64,000 bases of DNA. Source: Trueperaceae bacterium. GTDB taxonomy: Bacteria > Deinococcota > Deinococci > Deinococcales > Trueperaceae. The stretch's first letter is position 1. Each line of letters opens with the position of its first letter. The notes beneath the pieces were generated by a model. That model ran no database searches, was not told the origin of the DNA, and was given only the letters and a program-made list of their open reading frames with translations. The position numbers and the translations under genes are program-made. The stretch lies in NCBI GenBank assembly GCA_034520945.1, contig JAXHNB010000010.1, positions 1 through 64,000 of the forward strand, written 5' to 3'. This document shows, piece by piece, positions 55,169 to 64,000 of the stretch.

Positions 55169-56236
55169 ATGCGCGGCCCGACGATGCGTGCGGCCCGGGC
55201 CCTGCTGCTGGGCGCCCTGCTGAGCGTCCTGTCGCTCGCCGCGGCGCTCGAGCTGACCTTCCTCGACGTCGGGCAGGGCCTGTCCGTCCTGATCCGCAGT
55301 CCCAGCGGGCAGGTGGTCCTGTACGACGCCGGTCCGGCCAGCGCGGACGTCGCGCAACGCCTGCAGGCCCTGGGGGTCGACCGCATCGACCTGCTCATCG
55401 CCAGTCACGCCCACAGCGATCACATCGGCGGGATGGCCGACGTGCTGCGCACCTTCCGGCCGCCGAACTACCTGGACAACGGGCTTCCGCACACCACCGC
55501 CACCTTCGAACGGACCCTGCAGGCCGCGATCGACGTCGACGTCGCGCTGCTGTCCCCCGAACGCAGGCGCATCGGCCTGGGCGAGGCGACGCTGCACGTC
55601 GTGCCGCCCCCCGGGGACGAAGGCATGGGGCACAACGCCAACAGCGTCGGCTTGGTGGTGTCGTACGGGACGTTCCGCGCCACGCTCGTCGGCGACGCGG
55701 AACCGGCGCAATGGGCCTGGTGGGGTTCGCGCCACGGCGACCTGCTGTCCGACGTGGACGTGCACGGCGCCGCGCACCACGGCAGCCGCAACGGCGATAC
55801 GCGTCAGGCGCTGGCGCGCCTGACGCCGGCCGTGGTCGTGATCAGTTCCGGGCGGGACAACCGCTACGGCCATCCGCACGCGGAGGCGTTGCGTCGCTAC
55901 CGGGGCGTGGGCGCCGAGGTGTACCGCACCGACCTGCACGGCCGCGTCACGGTGCAGGTGCGGCCCGACGGTACCTACACCGTCGAACCGGAACGGCGGG
56001 CCGACGCACCAGCCCTGGCCGAGGAGAGCGCCGGCGCGGCATGCATCGACGTGAACAACGCTTCGCCGACGCGCCTCACGGAGATCGTGCACATCGGGCC
56101 GAGCCGGGCGGAGGACCTGGTGCGGGAACGGGAGCGGCGCGCCTTCGCGCGCCTGGCGGACCTCACCCGCGTCGACGGCATCGCCGAAGGCCGACTACGC
56201 GACATCCGAGATCAGGGCGTCGCCTGCGTGCCGTGA
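55169..56236 (+). CDS. Secreted ComEC/Rec2-like metallo-beta-lactamase-fold hydrolase with C-terminal ComEA-type HhH
   Basis: Signal peptide; FLDVGQG, SHAHSDHIGG, GDAE, HHGS, NRYGHP, YRTD; then IDVNNAS...IGP.RA...L.RVDGI. Confidence 0.88.
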   Translation: MRGPTMRAARALLLGALLSVLSLAAALELTFLDVGQGLSVLIRSPSGQVVLYDAGPASADVAQRLQALGVDRIDLLIASHAHSDHIGGMADVLRTFRPPNYLDNGLPHTTATFERTLQAAIDVDVALLSPERRRIGLGEATLHVVPPPGDEGMGHNANSVGLVVSYGTFRATLVGDAEPAQWAWWGSRHGDLLSDVDVHGAAHHGSRNGDTRQALARLTPAVVVISSGRDNRYGHPHAEALRRYRGVGAEVYRTDLHGRVTVQVRPDGTYTVEPERRADAPALAEESAGAACIDVNNASPTRLTEIVHIGPSRAEDLVRERERRAFARLADLTRVDGIAEGRLRDIRDQGVACVP

Positions 56237-56884
56237 ACCGCCAGGTTCGGCCAGGAACCAGTCGCGGGCCAGGTCGGCGACGTGTTCCAGCGCGCCCGGC
56301 TCCTCGAACAGGTGGGTCGCGCCCGGCACGACGTCCAGGCGCGTCTCGCAGCGCATGGCGCGCTGCGCGGACTCGTTCAGCTCCAACACCGTGACGTCCA
56401 GGCCGCCCACGATCAGGCACGTCGGCGCGGTCACGCGCCCCAGGTCGTCGCCGGCCAGGTCCGGCCTCCCGCCGCGCGAGACGACGGCGCGCACCGCGTC
56501 GGGCCGGCGGGCGGCCGTCACCAGCGCTGCCGCCGCACCGGTACTGGCGCCGAACAGGCCGAGGGAAAGCGCACGCGTGTCCGGCTCTTCGCCCAGCCAC
56601 GACACGGCGGCCTCCAGCCGGCGCGCCAGAAGGTCGATGTCGAAGCGGTGCTGCCCGGAGCGCGCATCGACGCGTTCTTCGTCCTCGGTCAGCAGGTCCA
56701 GCAGCACCGTCGCGAACCCGGCCTGGTTCAGATGCTCGGCCACGAACCGGTTGCGGGGGCTGTGGCGGCTGCTGCCGCTGCCGTGCGCGAAGAGCACCAC
56801 GCCTCGAGCGTCCTCGAAAAGGGCGAGATCGCCCTCCAACGTCGCGTCGCCTTCGGAGATCCGAACGGTGCGTACGGTCGTCAT
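56195..56884 (-). CDS. Dienelactone hydrolase-family alpha/beta hydrolase
   Basis: FAHGSGSSRHSPRN, FGASTG, SRGGRPDLA, ATHLFEEPG. Confidence 0.88.
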   Translation of the reverse strand: MTTVRTVRISEGDATLEGDLALFEDARGVVLFAHGSGSSRHSPRNRFVAEHLNQAGFATVLLDLLTEDEERVDARSGQHRFDIDLLARRLEAAVSWLGEEPDTRALSLGLFGASTGAAAALVTAARRPDAVRAVVSRGGRPDLAGDDLGRVTAPTCLIVGGLDVTVLELNESAQRAMRCETRLDVVPGATHLFEEPGALEHVADLARDWFLAEPGGSRHAGDALISDVA

Positions 56885-56951
56885 GCCAAACCTCCCCTGC
56901 GTTGCCCTCAGCGTACCGGCTGGGCACGGCTCGTGCCCCGGTGCCGTCCCC

Positions 56952-57746
56952 TCACCCAGGGTGGGAACGCAGGAACGTACGCACCTCGTGTTCGAAGCGT
57001 TCGGGCGCTTCGATGTTCACGACGTGGCCCACTCGCGGCAGGGTGACGCGGGTCGCGGTCGGAATGCCCGCCTCGAGTTCGTCCGCCACGAAGGCCGGGG
57101 AGCGGACGTCGGCGTCGCCGTACAGCAGCAGCGTCGGCACGCGCACCCGGGGCAGCACGTCCCGGAGGTCGGCGTCGGCGAACGCGTGCGCCATGATGCG
57201 GGCTCCGGCGACGTGGTACTCGGACACCATCCTGGTGGTTTCCTCGAGCGCCTCGGGCGTGGCGACGTCCGAGAACAGCGTGGCGACGAACTCCTCCGCC
57301 ATGCGCGCCCGCGGAATCTCGGCCGCCCGTTCGAACGCCGCCACCCGGCGCCGGACCTCCTCCGGCGCCAGCGACCCGCCCCAGCCCGCGTACGCGGACA
57401 CCAGCAGCAGCGACCGCGGAATGGCGGGGTGCCGGCCGTACAGCGCGAGGGCCAGGCCGCCTCCGAACGACAACCCCAACACGTGGGGTCGGTCCAACCC
57501 CACGGCTTCTACGAACGCGGCGAGGCAATCGGCGTAATCGTCCATGCCGAACGACGCGGGCGGGTCCGAGGACTGGCCGCACCCCGGCGCGTCCCACGCC
57601 ACGACCGTGTACGCGTCCGAGAGAGCATTCGCTTCTCGCCGCCACGCGCGGCTGTCCGCCATGCCGCCGTGCAGCAGCAGCAACGGCGGGCCTTCGCCTT
57701 GCGTCCGGTACGCGATGCGCAATCCTTCGACGTCGACGGACCTCAT
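56952..57746 (-). CDS. Alpha/beta fold hydrolase
   Basis: LLHGG, DAPGCGQS, GLSFGG nucleophile elbow, GH; RBS GGAGGAGG. Confidence 0.9.
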   Translation of the reverse strand: MRSVDVEGLRIAYRTQGEGPPLLLLHGGMADSRAWRREANALSDAYTVVAWDAPGCGQSSDPPASFGMDDYADCLAAFVEAVGLDRPHVLGLSFGGGLALALYGRHPAIPRSLLLVSAYAGWGGSLAPEEVRRRVAAFERAAEIPRARMAEEFVATLFSDVATPEALEETTRMVSEYHVAGARIMAHAFADADLRDVLPRVRVPTLLLYGDADVRSPAFVADELEAGIPTATRVTLPRVGHVVNIEAPERFEHEVRTFLRSHPG

Positions 57747-57795
57747 CCGTGCCCCTCCTCCCCTGCCGGGGCGCGACCGATCGTCGCGCAAAGCC

Positions 57796-57949
57796 TTGCG
57801 CCCGCCCCGGCATGACAGTATGCTACAGCGTTACTGAAGATCGTCGCACCGACCTTTTTCGTGACGAACAGCGCGGGATTCGTCCCGCCAACTTCAATTG
57901 CGCCCACGCACACGCAGTGGCGGTGCGTCGGGCGGTTTAAGGAATGGGC
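57796..57949 (+). promoter_or_regulatory. csp promoter and long 5' UTR
   Basis: TTGCGC-17 nt-TATGCT (57796-57824), about 120 nt before the csp start. Confidence 0.55.
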
Positions 57950-58201
57950 ATGGCTAACGGAAACGTCAAATGGTTCAACAACGAAAAGGGCTTCGGGTTC
58001 ATCGCACCAGAGGGTGGCGGGGACGATCTGTTCGTTCACTTCAGCGCCATTCAGGGGCAGGGCTTCAAGAGCCTCGATGAAGGCGACGAGGTCGAGTTCA
58101 CGGTGGGACAGGGCCAGAAGGGCCCCCAGGCCCAGAACGTCAGCGTCACCCGCAAGGGTGCCGGTGGCGGCAACGGCGGCGGCGGGCGGCAGCGCTTCTA
58201 A
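57950..58201 (+). CDS. Cold-shock protein (CspA family) with Gly-rich tail
   Basis: [15 protein letters not shown] (RNP1), FVHFSAI (RNP2), KGPQAQNV. Confidence 0.97.
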   Translation: MANGNVKWFNNEKGFGFIAPEGGGDDLFVHFSAIQGQGFKSLDEGDEVEFTVGQGQKGPQAQNVSVTRKGAGGGNGGGGRQRF

Positions 58202-58222
58202 GCGCCCTACCCTTGCGACACC

Positions 58223-58250
58223 ACGAGCCCCGGCGTGCGCCGGGGCTCGT
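58223..58250 (+). terminator. Hairpin after csp
   Basis: ACGAGCCCCGGCG-tg-CGCCGGGGCTCGT-TAC. Confidence 0.65.
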
Positions 58251-58424
58251 TACGTTGCGCCGCCCACAGGCCCCGCGGCGGGCGGCACCGACCCGCCCGC
58301 CGCGGGCCGCGTCGCGTCACGCCACACGCAGACCGTACATACAGTGTATGCTCAGCGAGCTTGCATCGAATTCTCAGTCAAAGCGTGCGACTTGGCTGGT
58401 GCGGTAGCTAGCCAGGAGGCACTC

Positions 58425-59726
58425 ATGTCATTCGAAACGTTTCAGTTGGACGCCCGCGTTCGCGCCGGTGTCGACGCCGCGGGGTACGTCACCCCCACAT
58501 CCATTCAGGAACAGACCGTACCTGCCGCCGTCGCCGGACGGGACGTGCTGGGCTTGGCGCAAACCGGCACCGGCAAGACGGCCGCGTTCGTACTGCCCAT
58601 GCTGAACCGGCTCATTGACGGCCCCCGCGGCCGTACCCGCGCGCTGGTCGTCGCGCCGACGCGCGAGTTGGCGGAACAGATTCACGCCGAGATCACCACG
58701 CTGGGCAAGAAGACGGGCCTTCGCAGCGCCACCGTGTACGGCGGCGTCGGCAAGGTTCCCCAGGTGCGCGCCCTCCGCGGCGGCGCTGACATCATCGTGG
58801 CGTGCCCCGGTCGCCTGCTGGACCACCTGCGCCACGGCGACGGCAGCCTCGCCAAGGTCGAGGTGCTGGTCCTCGACGAAGCGGACCACATGTTCGACAT
58901 GGGGTTCCTGCCCGACGTGCGCACGATCGTGAAGCAGGTGCCGAGCGGCGCGCAGCGGCTGCTGTTCTCCGCCACCATGCCCGCCGAGCTGCGCCACCTC
59001 GCCGCGGATGTCCTGCACGACCCCGTCACGGTCGAGATCGGGCACAGCGCGCCGGCCAAGACGGTCGAGCATGCGCTCTACCCCGTCGAGAAGCAGCACA
59101 AGACCCGCCTGTTGAAGCACCTGCTGGGGTCGGACGACATGCGTTCGGCCCTGGTGTTCACGCGCACCAAGCGCGGCGCCAAGCGTCTGGCCGAGCAGCT
59201 GGAACGCGACGACTTCAACGCCACCTCCTTGCAGGGGAACCTGTCGCAGAACAAGCGTCAACGGGCGTTGGACGGCTTTCGTGACGGGCGCCATGACGTG
59301 CTGGTCGCGACCGACATCGCCTCCCGCGGGATCGACGTCACCCGCGTGTCGCACGTCATCAACTACGACGTGCCGACCACCGCCGACGCCTACACGCACC
59401 GCATCGGCCGTACCGGCCGCGCGGAACGAAGCGGCGAGGCGTACACCCTGGTCACGCACGAGGACGAGAAGATGATCCGCGACATCGAACGGACGCTCGG
59501 CACGCGCCTGGAGCGCGTCCACCTCGACGGCTACGGCGGTCACGCCACCCCGGCGGCCCCGACGGGTTCTCCGGGGAACGGCCCCGGCCGCAACCGCGGT
59601 GGCGGCGGGGCTCGAGGCGCCGGCAATTCCTCGAACCATGCGCGAGGCAACCGGCGGGGCGGTTCCGGTCGCGGACGCGATCCGTCCGGCCGACGCGGCA
59701 CGGCGCCGCGCAACGACAAGGCCTGA
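58425..59726 (+). CDS. DEAD-box RNA helicase (RhlE/CshA-like)
   Basis: Q motif, AQTGTGKT, PTRELA, DEAD, SAT, HRIGRTGR, RGG-rich tail; RBS AGGAGG. Confidence 0.96.
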   Translation: MSFETFQLDARVRAGVDAAGYVTPTSIQEQTVPAAVAGRDVLGLAQTGTGKTAAFVLPMLNRLIDGPRGRTRALVVAPTRELAEQIHAEITTLGKKTGLRSATVYGGVGKVPQVRALRGGADIIVACPGRLLDHLRHGDGSLAKVEVLVLDEADHMFDMGFLPDVRTIVKQVPSGAQRLLFSATMPAELRHLAADVLHDPVTVEIGHSAPAKTVEHALYPVEKQHKTRLLKHLLGSDDMRSALVFTRTKRGAKRLAEQLERDDFNATSLQGNLSQNKRQRALDGFRDGRHDVLVATDIASRGIDVTRVSHVINYDVPTTADAYTHRIGRTGRAERSGEAYTLVTHEDEKMIRDIERTLGTRLERVHLDGYGGHATPAAPTGSPGNGPGRNRGGGGARGAGNSSNHARGNRRGGSGRGRDPSGRRGTAPRNDKA

Positions 59727-59766
59727 CCCCGCCCGCTCCGTACCCACCGGTACGGCATCAAGCCAA

Positions 59767-59795
59767 GCGCGCCCCGTCCTTGCGACGGGGCGCGC
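59767..59795. terminator. Hairpin after the DEAD-box helicase gene
   Basis: GCGCGCCCCGTC-cttgc-GACGGGGCGCGC. Confidence 0.55.
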
Positions 59796-59920
59796 GCGTC
59801 GGTCGCGCGGACCGGCGGAGGCTTGTAGGCTGGACCCCATGAGCTGCCGTCATTGCCGGGATCCCGGGCTCGTCCCTGCCGCAGGTACCCCAATGAGCAC
59901 CTGAGGTGCCTACCGGCCGA

Positions 59921-60121
59921 TCACTCCGATCCCTGGCTCCGCCGTGCGCTCTCGACACCGGCGCCGATCAACAGGCCAGCCGCTGCGCAGATCCCCACCA
60001 GAACGAACGCCATCGCGTCCCCGGTTACGGAGAAGAGGACGGTCGACACCCCACCTCCGAGCACGATGCCTGCGAGCAGACCGAGGGCGGCGGGTCGATG
60101 ATTCGTCGAGGGGCGCGCCAT
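59921..60121 (-). CDS. Small hypothetical membrane protein (2 TM, 66 aa)
   Basis: Two Gly-rich hydrophobic helices; RBS GGGAG before ATG 60121. Confidence 0.6.
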   Translation of the reverse strand: MARPSTNHRPAALGLLAGIVLGGGVSTVLFSVTGDAMAFVLVGICAAAGLLIGAGVESARRSQGSE

Positions 60122-60408
60122 CTGCTGTCTCCCGTTCCTACGTGAAGGTCCTCGCGAATCGATGTCCCTGGGGGTCGTGAGGGAGGACCGTCCCGGGGGT
60201 GCGTAGTGGCGGTGTTCAGCCCGTGCCTCGACGCCCGTGTGCCTGGAGTATGCCGCTCCCGCGCCGTGGTCGGGAGTGGCGAACGTCCCCCGCGCGCACG
60301 CCGCCCCCGCATCCCGGACGCCCCCGCCGGGCGTTGCCGCGCGGTAGGCTGTCCGGTCGAACGGCGCGGCCGAGCCCGCGCCCACCCTGTCCCCTTAGGA
60401 GTCGCTGC

Positions 60409-62016
60409 ATGTCCGACGAACGCGCCGCCCCTGCATCGTCCACCGCTGAGATCGCCCGGCGGCGCACCTTCGCGATCATCTCGCACCCCGACGCCGGCAA
60501 GACCACGCTGACCGAGAAGCTGCTGCTGTACGCCGGCGCGGTCCGCGAGGCCGGCGCGGTGGCGGGCAAGGCCGGCACCAAGCACGTCACCAGCGACTGG
60601 ATGTCGATGGAACGGAGCCGCGGCATCTCCGTCAGCTCCGCCGCCATGCGGATCGACTACCAGGGGCACGTGCTGAACCTGCTGGACACGCCCGGGCACC
60701 AGGACTTCAGCGAGGACACCTACCGGACGCTCACCGCCGCGGACAGCGCCGTGATGCTGTTGGACGCCGCCCGCGGGGTGCAGGAACAGACCGAGAAGCT
60801 GTTCGCGGTGGCGCGGCGGCGCGGGCTGCCGGTGTTCACGTTCGTGAACAAGCTCGATCGCCCCGCCCTCGACCCCGTCGCGCTGCTGGACGAGATCGAG
60901 TCCACCCTGGGCCTGTCCGCGTCGCCGGTCACCTGGCCGATCGGGGACGGGCCCGATTTTCGCGGCGTGTACGAACGCCCCACACGGCAGGTGCACCTGT
61001 TCGAGCGGACGGCCCGCAACGCGCGGCCCGCGCCGGTGTCGACGTCGGGGGTGGACGACCCCAAGCTGGCCGATCTGATCGGTGAACGCGCGCACGCGCA
61101 GTTGCAGGAGCACATCGCGTTCGTGGACGAGGTGCTGCCCCCACTCGACCCGGCGGAGGTGCTGGACGGCACGATCTCCCCCGTGTTCTTCGGGAGCGTG
61201 TTGACCAACTTCGGGGTCGAGCCGTTCCTGCGGCGCTTCCTCGAGTTGGCGCCCCCGCCCGGCGGCGTGGACGTGGTCGGGGGGCGGCTGGAGCCGACCG
61301 ACGACGACTTCGCGGCGTTCGTGTTCAAGCTGCAGGCCAACATGGACCGCAACCACCGCGACCGCACCGCCTTCGTACGGATCGTGTCCGGACGGTTCGA
61401 ACGCGGCATGCACGTGGTGCACGCCCGCAGCGGCCGGCAGTTGAAGCTGGCGCGCGCGCACGCCCTGTTCGGCAAGGAACGCGTCACCGTCGAGGAGGCG
61501 TGGCCCGGTGACGTGCTGGGCTTGATCGTGCCGGGCGCGTTCCGCATCGGGGACGTGCTGTCGTCCCGGCCGAACGTGGAGCTCGTGCGGTTCCCACGGT
61601 TCGCACCGGAGTCGTTCGCGACCGTGCGGCCGCGCAGCGCGGATCGGCGCAAAGCGTTCCGCAAGGGCCTCGAGCAGCTCGGGGACGAGGGCGTGGTGCA
61701 GGTGTTCCACCCCGCGCAGGGGGCCCGCGATCCGATCCTCGGCGCGGTCGGACCGCTGCAGTTCGACGTGTTCCGGCACCGCATGTTGGAGGAGTACGGC
61801 GTCGAGACCGACATGGACGTCGAGCCGCACCGCATGGTGCGCTGGTTGTCGCACGAGCCGGTGCCGGCGCCCCGGGCCGCCAAGCTGGCCGTCGACGCTG
61901 ACGGCGCGCCCGTCGCGCTGTTCCGCGGCGAACACGACGTGCGCTGGTTCGCGGAGGACCACCCGGACGTGGAGGTGCGGGCCTTGCCCGGTGGGCACGA
62001 GGTGGTTCGCCTGTGA
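60409..62016 (+). CDS. prfC: Peptide chain release factor 3
   Basis: [58 protein letters not shown]. Confidence 0.97.
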   Translation: MSDERAAPASSTAEIARRRTFAIISHPDAGKTTLTEKLLLYAGAVREAGAVAGKAGTKHVTSDWMSMERSRGISVSSAAMRIDYQGHVLNLLDTPGHQDFSEDTYRTLTAADSAVMLLDAARGVQEQTEKLFAVARRRGLPVFTFVNKLDRPALDPVALLDEIESTLGLSASPVTWPIGDGPDFRGVYERPTRQVHLFERTARNARPAPVSTSGVDDPKLADLIGERAHAQLQEHIAFVDEVLPPLDPAEVLDGTISPVFFGSVLTNFGVEPFLRRFLELAPPPGGVDVVGGRLEPTDDDFAAFVFKLQANMDRNHRDRTAFVRIVSGRFERGMHVVHARSGRQLKLARAHALFGKERVTVEEAWPGDVLGLIVPGAFRIGDVLSSRPNVELVRFPRFAPESFATVRPRSADRRKAFRKGLEQLGDEGVVQVFHPAQGARDPILGAVGPLQFDVFRHRMLEEYGVETDMDVEPHRMVRWLSHEPVPAPRAAKLAVDADGAPVALFRGEHDVRWFAEDHPDVEVRALPGGHEVVRL

Positions 62017-62486
62017 ACGGCCCAGGCGATCCGGAGGCCCACCGGCGTCCCCGCCGCGTCGTGACGGACCTGGACGGCACCCTTGCCGACGTGACGCACC
62101 GCCTGCACTACATCCACCGGCCCGAGCCGGACTGGGACGGCTTCTACCTGGCGTGCGGCGAAGACGCCCCGATCGAGAACACGCTGGTGGTGTTGCGGAC
62201 CCTGCATGGGGCTGGGTACGAGGTGGTGATCGTCAGCGGCCGTAGCGACCTGGCACGGGCGGAGACGGTGGCGTGGCTGGCCCGCCATGACGTCCCCTAC
62301 GACGCGTTGGTGTTGCGGCGGCACGGCGACCCGCGTCACGACGACGAGGTCAAGGCCGAGATGGTCGCCGCGCACGGCCTCACGCCCGAGGAGACGCTGG
62401 TGGTGCTGGAGGACCGCGCCAGCGTGGTGAAGATGTGGCGGCGGCTCGGCTTCCACGTCTTCCAGGTGGACGACGGCGACTTCTAG
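62013..62486 (+). CDS. HAD phosphatase resembling the 3'-phosphatase domain of T4 polynucleotide kinase (PseT)
   Basis: DLDGTLA, VSGR, R..GD.R.D..VK, EDR..VV.MWRR.G....QV..GDF; GTGA overlap with prfC. Confidence 0.8.
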   Translation: MNGPGDPEAHRRPRRVVTDLDGTLADVTHRLHYIHRPEPDWDGFYLACGEDAPIENTLVVLRTLHGAGYEVVIVSGRSDLARAETVAWLARHDVPYDALVLRRHGDPRHDDEVKAEMVAAHGLTPEETLVVLEDRASVVKMWRRLGFHVFQVDDGDF

Positions 62487-62537
62487 CCTTCGACCGGCAG
62501 GGACGGCGCGCTCACCGGTCCGGCCAACCGGCGGTGC

Positions 62538-63560
62538 TCAGTAGCTGGGCACGCCGCCCGATCCGGCCTTGACGCCGAATTCACGTCGATAGCGGGTGGT
62601 GATCTCGTGCACCCGATGCGCCAACGCCGGATCGGGCTTGGGGCCTTCCACGGCGCGGATCGCCTCCGCGAGCCGGTCGGGGTCGTTGATGCTCACCACC
62701 GTGGTGGCGATCAGCGGGTCGCACAACGAGAACCGCAACGCGAAGTCCGTCCACGACCCGATCTGGAGGCCCTGTTCCTCTGCCAGTAGGCCCCGCACCT
62801 CGCTGAGGTGATCGTACGCCCGGTCCCACAACGGTTCGCGCTTGGGGTCGTCCTGTGGCAGTCCCTCCCGGTCGATCCGTGGGTCGGTGAGGAGGCCCGC
62901 CAGCAGGGGGCGAATCCCGATGAAGCCCATGCCGCGCTGGCGCATGTCGGGGAACAGGTCCAACATTTCCGTCTCGAGCAGGTCGAAGTACGCCACCACG
63001 CCTTCGAATGCGCCGCTGTCGATCGCCGCCTTGGCGTAGCCCACGGTGTACGGGAACGTCGTCAGGTAGCTCACCAACCCCTCGTCCCGCAGCTCGTCGA
63101 ACACCTCCTGCAGGGGCTCCAGCACGAGCGGCAGGTCGGCCAGGCGGGGCGGCTCCCCGCGGGCGTCGTAGCCGAGCGCGGGATCCACCTCGCCGCGTTG
63201 CAGGTGCTGCACCACGTCGATGCGTTCGGCGCCCAGCTCCTTCAGCGCCCCTTCGATCTTCTGGCGGAAGGCGCGCTTGTTGAACACGCGCTGGCCCCAG
63301 TCGGGCTCGTTGACTTTGATCACGTGGCGCACGTCGTGCCGTTGCGGGTGGCGCGCCAGCACCTCCCCCACCGCCCAGCGGGTGCCGTACTCCTCGCTGG
63401 AGTGCACCACGTTCACGCCCTGCTCCAAGGCCATCTCGAGCGCCCGCATGCCTCGCTGGCTCTGCGCGTCCTGGCCTGGCTGCTTGGCGGCGAAGCGCAT
63501 CGTTCCGAAACACAGTTCGGACAACGTCAACTCCGTGTCTCCGAATCGTCGTAGCTGCAT
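62538..63560 (-). CDS. Aldo/keto reductase family protein
   Basis: RRFG.T.L..S.LCFGTM, ..YG, IK, SLx-like ALKELG..RID, PL..GLLT; RBS AAGGAG. Confidence 0.8.
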   Translation of the reverse strand: MQLRRFGDTELTLSELCFGTMRFAAKQPGQDAQSQRGMRALEMALEQGVNVVHSSEEYGTRWAVGEVLARHPQRHDVRHVIKVNEPDWGQRVFNKRAFRQKIEGALKELGAERIDVVQHLQRGEVDPALGYDARGEPPRLADLPLVLEPLQEVFDELRDEGLVSYLTTFPYTVGYAKAAIDSGAFEGVVAYFDLLETEMLDLFPDMRQRGMGFIGIRPLLAGLLTDPRIDREGLPQDDPKREPLWDRAYDHLSEVRGLLAEEQGLQIGSWTDFALRFSLCDPLIATTVVSINDPDRLAEAIRAVEGPKPDPALAHRVHEITTRYRREFGVKAGSGGVPSY

Positions 63561-63782
63561 GGGGATCTCCTTCGCGTGCGCCGTAGCTCGGGGGCAGTCC
63601 TGCCTCGAGCCTACCGGAGGGCGCGTGGAGGTGCCGTCCGCCGGGCGCCGCCGCACGGGGCGTCCGCCAGCAGCGCGCGCGACCTGCGTGCGGTACCGTC
63701 CCGTGAGCCTCCCGGCCGCGCCTGTCAAGGCGGGGCCCCGCGACACTCGCCCCGAAGGGGGCGCCCCGTGAAAGGCAGTCCG

Positions 63783-64000
63783 GTGAACATCTCCCTTCTT
63801 CTGGCCCACCCGAACCCCGAGAGCTTCAATCACGCGCTGGCCGAAGCGGCCGCCGCCGCGCTGAGAGGCGCAGGCCACGAGGTGGCCTTCCACGACCTGC
63901 AAGCCGAAGGGTTCGATCCCGTCATGACCGCCCGTGAGGTGCGCGAGCACCGCTCGGACGATCCCCTTGTCGAGCGGCACTGCGACGAGCTCCGGCACGC
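63783..64000 (+). CDS. NAD(P)H-dependent oxidoreductase (flavodoxin-like fold, quinone reductase type), 5' part only; not in ORF track
   Basis: Manual translation from GTG 63783: MNISLLLAHPNPESFNHALAEAAAAALRGAGHEVAFHDLQAEGFDPV...; runs off the window. Confidence 0.85.
   Translation, partial: MNISLLLAHPNPESFNHALAEAAAAALRGAGHEVAFHDLQAEGFDPVMTAREVREHRSDDPLVERHCDELRH

Noticed and set aside
56195..56236. Functional meaning for the 42-bp convergent overlap of the MBL-HhH and hydrolase genes
   Set aside because: Short tail overlaps are common in high-GC genomes and the overlapping tail has no motif.
49065..59800. Intact prophage or ICE at tRNA-Pro
   Set aside because: No integrase, phage or conjugation genes and no att duplication found in the window.

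Overview
High-GC (roughly 70-75% by eye) bacterial chromosome segment, most likely Deinococcota (Truepera/Deinococcus-like). This is supported by many leaderless genes with a TANNNT -10 box 6-8 nt before the start codon, a PriA lacking Walker motifs, a short FtsI and a Deinococcus-type tyrosine recombinase. The core (4.8-48.9 kb) is housekeeping: hisS-aspS-HAD-asnS, priA-smpB-amidase-GerMN, SPFH, an OmpR/histidine kinase pair, luxS, NYN, ligA, a BMP binding protein, rnpB, the mraZ-ftsZ dcw cluster (no murE or ddl), NUDIX-ribF-rlmB, an S9 peptidase, rpsO-pnp-rnj and tRNA-Pro(GGG). The left accessory end holds a tyrosine recombinase with an apparent sigma70-region-4-like N-terminal HTH and a 6-bp-spacer inverted repeat inside its own promoter, a nested palindrome, a cupredoxin and a decayed PemK/MazF toxin-antitoxin pair. 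To the right of the tRNA lie a short low-GC islet (DUF3800-like fragment, orphan HTH antitoxin), an ABC exporter, DUF3006 plus a ComEC-like MBL-HhH nuclease, csp plus a DEAD-box helicase, and prfC coupled to a stand-alone T4-PNKP-like 3'-phosphatase. Four frameshifts between 17.5 and 25.4 kb (including ligA and ftsI) look like sequencing errors. No CRISPR array or rRNA was seen. All family calls come from motif recognition, not database searches.
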